64,000 bases of DNA, taken from NCBI RefSeq assembly GCF_022539665.2, contig NC_081333.1, positions 9,486,001-9,550,000 of the forward strand, read 5' to 3'. This document shows, one piece after another, positions 12,101 to 24,501 of the stretch (position 1 is its first letter; every line of letters starts with the position of its first letter). The stretch is from Daphnia carinata (Eukaryota). The position numbers and the translations under genes are program-made. The notes beneath the pieces are model-generated. The model was not told where the DNA came from. It worked only from the letters and a program-made list of their open reading frames with translations, and did not search any database.

Positions 12101-15100
12101 AGATGTCACGTCGCATGAACAAAAGAAATCATGGAATTTGATCGTTTCTTTCTTTGTTTTTTTTTTTGGTTGGCATCACACAGAATAATTTCACGTCAAA
12201 TACTTATTCCTTGCGTGGGGATACTTTCTGTCTACTTGCACGCACTGTAACTGCAAAAGTATTACATATCTAAGCCATGCGTGAGTCGCTGTGTGTAGAG
12301 AAAGAGCCCAGCTGCTTGACTGGCAGAGAGCGCTGGCGTCGTGCGCCGTCGCCGCTGAGTCCGCGGGTGGCCTCCCGTTTGGTCGTCGTGCTTCCCATTT
12401 TCCAACAGTTGGTCCCGATCGGGCATCAAGAGAAGCCTCGTTTGCCCAGCTCCACCCGCCCTATTTCGTTGTTTTCCGTTTTACAGTCAGAAAACAACAA
12501 CAACAAAAAGAATTCAACGTCCATTTCGTCAGATATATCGTCATAAATTATCTTACACCGGGTGAAACTCACGGAACTTAATCCAGTCTGCAATCGCTAT
12601 CACCAACCTTCTGTTTTTCTTTTGTCCTCGTCTGGATTTTAATTTCTCGATTGCTGTGTGTGTGTGTGTGTGCGTGCGTATCTTAACAACAAACCTTAAA
12701 ACGCAATGTTGCTACCGTCTTACGGATTCACTTCAAATCTAACCACTTCTCCGCCGAAGAACAGTCCTATTCGTTTAGAAGCGGATACATTGCTGGAGGC
12801 TATGTCGTAAAACTTGATATCTCCTTCACCGTATGATTGTGTGTTCTCCAACCAAAAAAAAAAAAAAAACCTTGCGGCTTTAATTTGGGTTTGTTTTCTA
12901 GTTTCTCTGCCTTCCCTTTTGTTTGCGTTTGTCAACACACTGGTTTCTTATTTTTTTTTTTTTTTGGTTTTATCTCTTTCCCTTTTTTTTTTCTCTTCAA
13001 ATACTTCGACCGTCCGTCCCTTTCACTTGTTTCCCTATCCAGCCAGTGATATACAGTGCGTCCGGCCAATCAAACGACAATTTTTTTCGGGCTGTTGATT
13101 CGTCAGCCATCGTAAATCAAGAAAAAAGGGAAACCCCTCTTATCGACTGGTGATATACAAGAAAGACAGAAAAAAAAGACGAAAATAATTTACGGCGACG
13201 AACAGCTGTTTCGTGCTTAGTGTTTCCAGATTAGTGCGACAAGTTGGCACGTTTTCCTTCGGTCCTCATGTGAATCGGTTCTTTGATCGCCATATCAGAA
13301 ACCCTATACGTTTTATTGCGTTTAAGCATTCGATTCAAGTGTCGCAGAGATTTTCGTCGACTCGCCGCGCCCATTGGACGTTGCATTTTATATTTTTGTT
13401 TTTGCCGACTTCTCCATCGTTGATATCTTATGACATTTCCTATCCAGACGAGAGGTAATGACCGTTACGTTTCTTTTTCTTTTTTTTTTCTATTTTCACA
13501 TTTACAGGATTTCTTGTTTTTTATTTCTAAATTCATTTTAGCCTATATACCTTTCTTTTCGTGAGTGTATCACGCCACCCAGTTCTCGGGCAATTACGCG
13601 CTTGGGTGCTTATGCTTTCTCCACTTGCTCATCTTTTTCCTCCGTTAGTTTCTTAATCTCGATAATGATGGCGACAATTAACTAATTAAAATCAGATTCC
13701 AGACCAAAGATTCCAGTCGTTGGCCGAGCGCCGCGTTTGCAGTCATGTGGGGCCTGTTGGCTTGTTACACGATCTACACACACACACACGCGGCTGTCTG
13801 TTTTTTTTTCTGGACTGGGCCAGCTGTTTCAATTGTTCTGTGTAGTCTCGGTCTATCGAATTGTCGTTGGTCTTTTTATTATATAAAAAGAAATGTTTGT
13901 ATTCGCTGTTCAGGGCGGGGATTCGACAAACGTGTTACGTAAATCTCGTTAAAAAAGGCAACTGGATGTAAAGAAACAAGAGGCACGCGCCAGTGCAATC
14001 GAATAGAATTTTCTAAATAATACTTAACACATACGCAGACCAGTTCTCCTCGTTCCACTTTGTCTGCGTCTAACAATACGTACAAGTCGTTCTTTTTTTT
14101 TCGTGGTTACGTCAGACGACAAATGCAAATTTATTAAAATTGTAATTTTAATTAAAATGAAAACAGAAAAGAAAAGGAGGAAAAGAGAAAGAACTGGGTT
14201 GAACTGCTGCGCGTTCCCGTGTCACGAGCGCCAGGTATCACGGGACAACAACCAGCACCACCAGTATAACCGTTAACCGATTTCATATAAGGGAGCGTGA
14301 GACAGTCACGCGGTATGGTGAGAGACAACGAAAGAAACAGACAAAAAAAAAATTGGGTTTCTCCTTTTTGGAAAATCAGGGATATACGTCCCTTTTTTTT
14401 CTATAATTATCTATCCGAAGTTTTTTCTTTATTAAAAGAGAACTGTGAAACTTTGACTGCGCCCTGAGTGAGAGTTGTTTCTTTATTATTTATTTTGCTT
14501 TTCATGTGATTCTTATGTAGGCCCTTTTGATAAATAAGAAAAAGGACTATTTTTAATCGATACTGAGTTCGTTTGTTCCAAACTCCATTCTATTCTTACC
14601 TTTTGTTTTTCTAGTATGCACACTCAGGGAGAGAAAGAGCGAGAGAGATGATTATTTCATAGTGGGTATTATTACGTGCCTGTCCTTGTTATAAACTTTG
14701 CCAAAACGTTGTCAGTACGGAAGGGAAAATCGAGTCTTTTGAACGTGGGGGTTCAATCTGCCGTTCATTATGCAAATGTTGCGTTTGATTAAAATAATCA
14801 TTGCAAACATCATTTGCGATTGATGAGAAAATTGATCCATTCACCTAATCTCTGGATTTTTCGTAGATTATCTCGACATGAGGAGCCAATATCGAAGGAG
14901 GAATGACAACAGAATGTAACGAAACTCCGCTTCTTGGTAGAGTCTATGATTTTTTGTTTATTACAGACATCATTGACCTTTTACAAGGCGAAGATTCGTG
15001 TTCCTTACTTAGCACGCAAGCATAATACGACCTTAAAACTCGTGAAATGCAATTGTTACTTGATGACGGCAATTGACGTCACGCAAAGTGTCTGTAGACT

Positions 15101-17433
15101 AGCAAATAGGTCATCCTTCTTCAATGCCTAATGCACAACTTCACCCCATTTTTTCCCCCTGCCTTATTCACGTTTTTATTAATAAAAATGTGAGAAGGAA
15201 TAAGAATGGAAATGCTAGACACACCGTTAAATATTTCAGGGTATATTGCTACCGTTCGTTCAGAGACGAGTATCACTGCAAACACACTACATCATACAGT
15301 GGCCTCTTTACGACAAGTCAATATCCTTAGAGTACGAGATCAGAATGTTGTACGGTTTTTTTCCGCGGAACTCGTTCAACTGCACACAACAGTCGCTTAT
15401 TATGTGAAATCGCAACGTGTGCGTATAGGCTACTTCAAAGGCCAAAGATTAAAAGAATTTTATTTTAGGTCACCATGGTTGGCGGCATTCAATGTTACCA
15501 GAAATATCTTTTAAGAAAGCCAATTAAAGAATATGAAACATTAAAATGATTAAACCTGTTGTGGCGGATATAGGGAAAGTGAAATCACGTGAAAAGATGG
15601 AGAATGCATTTGGCGTCAATCGCAATGACGATAGCCAAATATAATATCTAAATTTGTAGTTCTAGTTGAACGAAGCTAGGGAGAACCGTTTCCATTCAAT
15701 CATGACAACCACAAATACGAAAAAGGATTGAAAAAAAAGAAAGAAAGGAAAAACCAATCGAAAGCCAGCATCAACATAGAATTTATTTAGCTATTCAACA
15801 TTGTGATTGACATGTTGGCTGAAATTCCCGAAGCCCCTCTGAAGCTATTACGTATGTATCCCGGTGAGATAAGCTCAGTAACCCATCGATACGGAAATGA
15901 AAAAGAACAAGAAAAAAAAACTACTCAAGTTTCTTACATTTGTATAGTCAAAAAAAGGGAAACAGCGGCTTATTATGCAATACACAAAATAAATCCAGCA
16001 TAAATAATTGAAAAAAAAAAAAATAGGGAGCACGACGAGAAACAGATTTTTTGCTTTGATGGTTTTCTACTGTATATATATTGAAAAAAAAAGTTGACAG
16101 CTAGAAATCAGGGAGTCATTCCGCTTTCGTTCTTTTTGCTCGTGACAATGATGGATCACCTCATTTCTCTTTATTTAGCCCCGAATATTTATTTTTGCGA
16201 TTGAATGTTCCAACGCCAAGATAAGGTGGTAGAAGAAACCTCAGCAACTCTTTCTTTTCGTATTCTTTACGTAAATATTTTCTCATCGTTCGGAATCCCT
16301 GTGTGTGTGTGTGTGTGTGTGTAGGGAAAAGCTCCACCTTCAGCTGTTCACCTCTTTCTCATTTTTCCACCCGGAACTGCAATTTTCGTACCGGGTTTTA
16401 AGGTCTAAAACGGGTAAACGTCAGTCAATAGCATTTTCGCTGTTTGACATGTTCTCTTTGATGTCTTGCGTTCCTCTCTGCCTGTTCCTTTTTTTTTCCT
16501 CCAAAAACTATTGACATCCATTTTCTTTTATTCCACCGCTCCAAAAAATATGGAAACCTTTTCTCGTTGTAGTTTAACTTCCATTTCTCAAATGATTTCC
16601 CCAAACTCTCGGCCGGTCTCGCAGGAATCTAAAAAAATACGCGATAACTGCAGGAAAACATCCGTTAGTTTAACACTAACACGTATACGTTATGATAGTT
16701 AGTCCGCAAGGGAACACCAATCACGGACCATCAAAAGGGCAAGAAACTTGAGAAGACGTCCAGCAGTTAGTGAGCGAGAAACTTTAGTTGTGATGACGTG
16801 ATCAGCACATCAGAAAATTACCACGTCATCATCCACTTTATCTGGTTTCCGAGAGACGTTAATTTATAGCGCTATGAAGGTATGACGGCGCATCTAAAAC
16901 TAATTCCGTGAGCCCCATTTGATTTTCCATGTTATTGTTTGTCGAACACAATCACGTAGTTATTGATCCCCGAATTTGTTTTGGAGGGTGAGTGAGATCA
17001 AATCTATATAGCCACGTCCATTTTCCAGACTGATTGTATGAACGGGAAAAAAACATACATTCTATACGACTTTTGGAAAAAGAAAATGAGACAGGAGAAA
17101 AGAAAAATGATTGGAAAAAACATGGACGGCATGGATGAAAAATACCGGGAACTATGGAAAAGGATAAGAAGACCTTTAAAAAATTCAGTAAAAGATCGTC
17201 GTTATTGATCTGTACTATTATTCATACCTGACATCTGCCGATAAAAAGTCCCTGTCCTTCCATTTCGTGATTTTTTCATCCATCATCCATTCCGTGTACA
17301 CCTTACGAACGGGAACAGCGCCTACGCAGGGAGGGTCCAGGCTGACGTAGGAGCAAATATGGGTCCTTGATATGACTATATACAGAGACAAGTGTCTGCA
17401 CTGCAAGGTCGCATTGTTTCTTCTTTCCTATAG

Positions 17434-17458
17434 GTGTGTGTGTGTGTGTGTGTGTGTG
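17434..17458. repeat. (GT)n microsatellite; similar tracts at about 12655, 16301, 35166 and 36830
   Basis: Direct inspection. Confidence 0.9.
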
Positions 17459-18900
17459 CATATCGATCGTCGAATAGCTATAGTAAATAGTATTATTTAA
17501 ACACCTATATAATAAACCCTAGCGATAGTGCATTCGTTGGGGCTTTGTTTGCCTTAGTGATGAGATCTGATCATCCGTTCAAGAGATTTGGGCTGGATGT
17601 CACTCAACTGTCAGTTTCAACGTTCTTCTGTGCGATCAACACCGATCTAATCTACGTGTTCTTTGATCCCATTCCCAAACGTGTGGAACCTGTTCTCGTG
17701 TAGCCAATAATAATTAAATTAATATTCTTAAAACTAAAAGACAGTCATCGACTTTAAAGGACTCCTCCCTTAACATTAAGAAAGAGTATTTTCACGGTGG
17801 CGATCGGGGAAACGTTACGCTCTACTGGGAGATCGTCAGGTCGATCGATCCAGTCCAACTGGCCAAAAACGATCGGTAGAAAGAGCCTTGCCGAATGAAG
17901 AACGAAAACAAAAGCCTTGGATGTAGCCCGGCAAGGTGTACGCTATAGCTAATAAAATAGCCAAAAGAGCAGCCAATCTGCAAGAAAGATAGTCCGTATA
18001 GACACCAGGGCAACCTATAAAATAGACATCTTTATACACATCCCTCCTTACCCGATTCAGCCCGAAAAAAAAAAAAACACAAACACACATACAGAAACTC
18101 AAAGCAAAAACAAAAAGAGACGAATAAGTAATGACCTTCGACGTTAATGCAGGGCTGTCTTGTCTTATTGAAAGACATGGACAATGTCGTCGATGGTACT
18201 GCCCCACTTGAAATTACATCCATTTGTTATATACCTTCATGGCTGTCTATAAGACTTAATATCATCTTTCCATCACTTCAATTCCTATCTTCACATACCT
18301 AGTCCTTGTCAAAACCCACATCCCATTCATCGATTTCTACCGACCGAAAAATGCTTGAAGATAATATAATGCCACTTGATATACAACAACCTACCAAAAA
18401 AAGGAGCTGTGTAAGGTATAGCTTAACGTTAGCTCTCTCTTTTTCATGCGCATAGAGATACCAGCATCTCTCCGCCTTCACCCAAATCCTCCATTAGTTC
18501 TCGTTGTTTAATCTATTAGCTGGAGCACTCACAGAATTATAGCGGTTTAAAAGAGCAAAGTACGAAAGTTGTGCGTTTTATAGACTGGTGAGCGTATGCG
18601 CGTTTTATGCGGTGTTGCTGGGTAGATTTCTTATTCCCTTATCCTGTTCCTTTTTTCCTTAACTGCTCGTGTTTACACCTGTGCATAAGACTATTACTTT
18701 TCAAGCGCTGTGTTATTTTATCCTTCTTTCCCCTAATTAATATTTCATTTCACATTTACATTGTGGTTTTATAAATTCATGAAAACGCAATCATTTTTTG
18801 GATGCTATACATTTCTTCGGTGCATGTTTTTTTTTCTTTCTTTCGTGATTGTGTTAATTTCTGTGTGTATAGAACTTCACTTAATGTTGAATCTTCTGAT

Positions 18901-21900
18901 ATGGAGCACTCAGCATTCAAGCCATTGATGATCCGCCAGGCCAGCCTCACCCGCTTGGGCTCTATGCTGAACACTGCCGTTGGAAACAGCAAGAAACCAG
19001 GTAAGATTATTCTAATCTAAGTGTAATCATCATATTCAAGAATTATTCTTCCTCCCGTGAAACAATGACTAACAATTATGCTACCGATCTACAATAACTA
19101 CGACGAATCATTTCCCTTTACACGTCCCACGTTTTCATTAGGCATCATTATTTATTACACAAGACGCAAAATTTATAAGGCGACGGTTTTTTTCTAAATG
19201 ATTCTCCACCGTTTTTATTTAATGCAAGAATAAAGGCGTTCTTTCTTTAATATCCTAAAATGCATCGTTGAATTTTTGCCGACTCTCGCTGATAGATCGA
19301 TAGCAATGTATTACGTGCGGACGTCTTGCGTTCTCACATAACTCCATTGCTCAGCTGTGTGGCAACGGTTTGTTTTGGCCGGTAAGTTAGCCGAGAGAAA
19401 ATCTAATTGTTGACAACAGACACCATGGCAATGACATTTTCCAATATGCTGGACGTACAGCTAAACCACCGACCCTAGATGCGTCTTCTATATTATTCAA
19501 TTTGCGGCGGGGACGGGCATCTCCCTTCTCTTTCCCAGTACGTGTTACGTCTCGTAGTAAAGGCTTTGTTATCCATCCAAGAAATGGAATCCGTAATGCA
19601 AAATTCTAACCGCAAGCCGAGCAAATACCCAAGCAAAACAGACAATTGAATTTCGTTTTGGACATTGATTCGATCCCTTCCATGTTTGGTCATTATCCCT
19701 TTTTGTTCAAAACGAACGATCCGATTTGGGGATGTATAGCTGTATGATAGATATTGATTTAAGGAACGTATAACTACCTATTCGCTAATACAAACATGTC
19801 GTGCGCTATTTGTATATTCCCGTATGGTCGCTCGCTACGTGCAAGCTACGACGCCTAATGAAGTGGACCTTCCATTATGCGGCCCAGATATTCCAATGCC
19901 ATACATGGAGTGCTGATTAAAAATTCTCACGGTCTCATTGATTATTTCACGCTGATCTCTGCCTGCAATGGCATTCCAACTGCATACCTCGCAGGGCATT
20001 CTTGCCCATATACCATCAACACGTTAGATAGACCTACCACGTTGACTGTATAATGAAAATATTACGCAATCCGTCGAGTAAAATAATTAAACAACAAAGC
20101 CAAACCAATCGATTAGTAATGAAATCTGATGCAAAAACGAAACATTTCTCCCCACTGCAAATGAAGTTATCAATATTGCCATTAGTCTTGTAGAATTTTT
20201 AAATTTCAATCATTTTACAGAGTGCCAGATCATTTGTGGCTAGCCATTCGAGTAATTTCTAATATGATTCAGTCGGCCGCAAGTTTTTCTTCGTTCTGTC
20301 CATTCGTATACTATCCTCCAAAAAGCCTAGCGGGCACGGAATTGTATTGACTGGACGCAACTCTGATGCGCTTGTCATGTTCTTCCGCATTTGTACACGA
20401 CAACGCTTCCACGTTTTTCATCGGACTCTCTCCCACTGTGTCTCTTTTCTTCCGGCTGTTTGGCACACTTCGGATTTTGCAGTGAAAGAGACAGCCCTGC
20501 ATGTAACACGAACTACAGTATTATCGAGTCATCGAATGTAATATCTATCTATAGGCTAAAATGTGGGGGGAAAAAAAAGGAGGAGACAGGATAATATAGA
20601 GCGAAACAGCGCTTGAGCGCACTGTCCGATCGATACATGGTGTATATGCGAGTGACTGATCGATATTATTTTTATTCATTTACGTTTGAAATCTTCAACG
20701 TCCATTTGATTCCGAATGGCTTCTGGTAGACGAGCCTCGCATTTCGGTTTTTATTAGTCAGCTTTACATTTTTTCCTTTTTTTTATTTACATTTCAGGCA
20801 GGTAATGATTTACGTCTCAGTTTTATTGCTTGAACGTGACGCAAACAAACTTTCGTTTACAGTGTCGACGGAGCCACAGAACATAGAAATGCGATAAGGG
20901 GGAAGTCCGTGTTGGGTGTGTGTGTGTGTGTGCGTGGGCCGTTCAACAAGTATATCGTCTCTATTCTCCACCAAACAGCTGTGCAAGATCGACGTAAATT
21001 AAAAAAAAGCAGCTCATCGATTGAGTTTTTCTTTTTTTGCCGTGATTACGATGCACAGCGTTGTCGTTGGTTCGCACCGGATGGACAGTTTCAGAAAAGA
21101 AAGCACTGGTCAATATAGTCTCGGCTTTTAGTTGTACGGAGTTGCTCTTGACTTGTGTGTCGAAGCTTTTTCTTTTTTTCGTGCAACGAAAGTGCTGTCA
21201 TCTCCCTTAGTGGCCGCGGCGCGTTTGTCACGTTTCGTTCAACGTTATTCTTTTTAATGTTTATTTATTTTTTTGGGGGTCTCTGGGGCCTTTTTTACTT
21301 CCGGAAAAATTGTACCCACTTTTCGTGCCATTCTTCTCTTCGTCCAGTGGCCAACGATCCGTCGCATACGTGTAGTGAGATTACAAGTTAGAGATGGAAA
21401 ATTGGATGGATAGACTCTACGGCCATCATCATACTATTCCGCCAGCAAAGGCAAAAGTGCCTCCTGACGGTAGCTACCCTCATTTATTCTATGCTGGATT
21501 TTATTTCTTTCATCTATGCTGCGTGATTTGTACAATGTTTGATGCGTTCTGTTCCTTAAAAGAAAAACATTAAATGGGACATCGAGTAACAGTTGGTACA
21601 GGTAATCAAACATGGAAATGGACTGTCTTTCTTTGCATCGTCATCGTCATTCTTCGATAAGCGTCACTTCCCCGCTAGTCTTCTGTAACTTCAATGCTGT
21701 GTTTGGAATCTTTTAAAGATGAAAGAGAACAATCTAGGTAGCATTGTAATAATAGATATCGCTTTTACCATCTTGATCATTGCAATGATACGCAAGCGCA
21801 CTAGCGGACAAGCATTCGTCACTAACAGAAAGTACCAGAAGTAGTGATGGAGTCGACGGTGTCTGCGATACAATAAACATTTTTTTAAAAACAACTGCGT

Positions 21901-24501
21901 AGGTAATAAGAAAATTTTTTTGTTATGCTCTGGTTCACCGCAAATTTAAAGTAGCGCTAGGGACGCGTTGATAAAAGAAAAAAAAGGAAATTTCTTTCTT
22001 TTTGTTGTTTGTTGATATTTGGCGCAGTGAAGGTTCGACGGGTTGGGTTCTCTGGCTCTCGATAAATTTCATCTGGCAATGCTGTGTTGGCTATACTAGG
22101 TCTTTGGTACTCTTTTTTTGGAAAAAAAACGGAGACCCGCCATTGGACGGGACTGATGTTTTAGGACAGTGAATTTTGTTAATTTTCTTTCATAGTTATC
22201 CGTTTTCATCCAGTTGTGTTTAGCTCTTGAAGGCTAATTACTATCAAATCTGGAGGACGAAGAATTTTGTGATTCCAGTGAGAGGGGTGAGGTGGATGAA
22301 ATGGCAGGTACAAAAATATCGAACGAAAATAAATTCGTATTTTTTTTTTCTTCTACCCTATGCAAACTGTTTCAGTGTTAACAGATATGTCCTAACAAGG
22401 GGTTTCCTTCCGTTTTAAAATACATGTTTCGACACAGCCTTCTCACTGACAGCCGTCTTGTTTGTGTTCTTTTGCAGCTAATGGCGAAATCCAGTGGTGT
22501 TTCTCTCAAGTTAAAGGCACACTAGATGATGAGATCACAGAAGGTAAAATCAGCATTTTCAAACATCCTGTTTTTGTTAACTATGTAAATCTCTTTCCTG
22601 AGTACAAGCCCCATGTTATTGTATGTTAATTTTCAGCTGACATCATCTCCTGTGTTGAATTCAATCATGATGGAGACTTGCTGGCCACCGGTGATAAAGG
22701 TGGACGAGTGGTCATCTTCCAGAGAGATCCAGTGGTCAGTTTGACATTTTGTTTTGGGTATTGTGCCATGTATTCACTTTCTATAACAATCCTTTTTATG
22801 TCTTGCAGTCCAAAACTTCAGTACCTAGACGAGGAGAATACAATGTCTACAGTACTTTCCAGAGTCATGAACCTGAGTTTGATTACCTCAAGTCGTTGGA
22901 GATTGAAGAAAAGATCAACAAAATTAGGTGGCTAAGGCGGAAGAACCCAGCTCATTTCCTCCTGTCGACAAATGACAAGACAATCAAATTGTGGAAAGTT
23001 TCTGAACGAGACAAGAGAGCAGAAGGGTACAACTTGAAGGATGAGACAGGTGAAATGAAGGACAGAGGGGTGTTGACAGGACTGAGGGTAAGATTAGATA
23101 GACTGAGGATCATCACAAGAAGTAGTTTATGACATTTCCATGTTGTTTACTAGGTTCCTGTGTTGAAACCCATGGAACTCATGGTTGAAGCATCACCACG
23201 TCGTATCTATGCGAACGCACACACGTATCACATCAATTCGATCTCCGTCAACTCTGATGCCGAAACGTATTTATCTGCTGACGATTTACGTATCAATCTG
23301 TGGCATTTGGACATTACGGATCAGAGTTTCAACATAGTCGACATCAAGCCAGCCAACATGGAAGAGCTCACTGAAGTCATCACGGCCGCTGAATTCCATC
23401 CGACCGACTGCAACAACTTCGTGTACAGCTCCAGCAAAGGCCTCATACGTCTCTGCGATATGCGGATGGCCGCTTTGTGCGACCGACATGCCAAACGTAA
23501 TTCATCCTTGTTTATCATATGCGCCCTTGAGCAAGATTTATACTTTTGATACGTCCATTGTTTTGGCCATCTTGTGCATCAAGGTTGACTAGAACCATGG
23601 ACGACTATCCTTAAAGATTAACCATACAAATACCTTTGGATTTAAGACAGTCTCCATGAACTAACAGTTCTTGATCTACAACAAGAATCAAGAAGTTTAT
23701 CTTGGTTGGCGGAACTTTGGAGTCTAGCTAAGCATTTATAACTATTAGAAAATCAACTTAATTTCGAAATGTGCTTTGGACGATTGTACCCACCGTAAAA
23801 AGTACTTTAATCTCATAATGCATTGGCTTCTTAATAGTAAAAATTTTCCTGACTGTAGAAGCACAGGTGGTTAGTGTTGCATAGTACTCATGTTTATGTG
23901 TTCATTGTTGCATTTGGACAAACAAAATTAACTTGTTTTATTTTGTTTGCTTTCATTTCTAGTGTTCGAAGAAGCAGAAGACCCGGCCAACCGCAGCTTT
24001 TTCTCCGAAATTATTTCTAGCATTTCCGACGTGAAGTTTTCCCGCTCTGGCCGTTACATGCTATCCCGAGATTACCTCAGTGTGAAAGTGTGGGACTTGC
24101 ACATGGAAACGAAGCCGATCGAGACATATCCAGTGCACGAGTACCTCCGTTCGAAACTCTGCTCTCTTTACGAGAACGACTGCATCTTTGACAAGTTCGA
24201 GTGCTGCTGGGGCAACAACGACCAAGCAGTTTTGACGGGCTCATACAACAACTTCTTTCGTATGTTTGACCGTACCACTAAACGCGATGTCACACTGGAG
24301 GCGTCACGGGAAATCGCTCGGCCTAAGACAACTCTCAAAGCTAAGAAGATCTGCTCTGGAGGTAAACGGAAAAAGGATGAGGTCAGTGTCGACAGTTTGG
24401 ACTTCAACAAGAAAATACTTCACACGGCTTGGCATCCAACCGAGAACATCATTGCAGTCGCGGCCACCAACAACCTGTTCATATTCCAAGATAAGTTTTG
24501 A
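18901..24501 (+). CDS. tws: PP2A regulatory subunit B55 (WD40; twins/PPP2R2), long isoform. Exons 18901-19000, 22478-22543, 22637-22734, 22809-23087, 23154-23496, 23963-24501
   Basis: Hallmark B55 peptides [88 protein letters not shown]; canonical splice sites keep the frame. Confidence 0.96.
22301..22307 (+). CDS. tws: Alternative short first coding exon of twins (ATGGCAG|gtacaa), giving [13 protein letters not shown]
   Basis: The phase-1 donor fits the common acceptor at 22477; B55 proteins commonly have a short MA-G/A start. Confidence 0.7.

Noticed and set aside
12277..12810. GC-richer ORFs and a 34-aa ORF starting MLLPS (12706)
   Set aside because: Probably an upstream promoter or leader region of twins; could not be linked in frame, and the likeness to known uORF peptides is too short to mean anything
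23286..24489. Antisense ORFs overlapping twins (similar ones overlap RhoBTB and NFXL1)
   Set aside because: Expected shadows of coding sequence on the opposite strand
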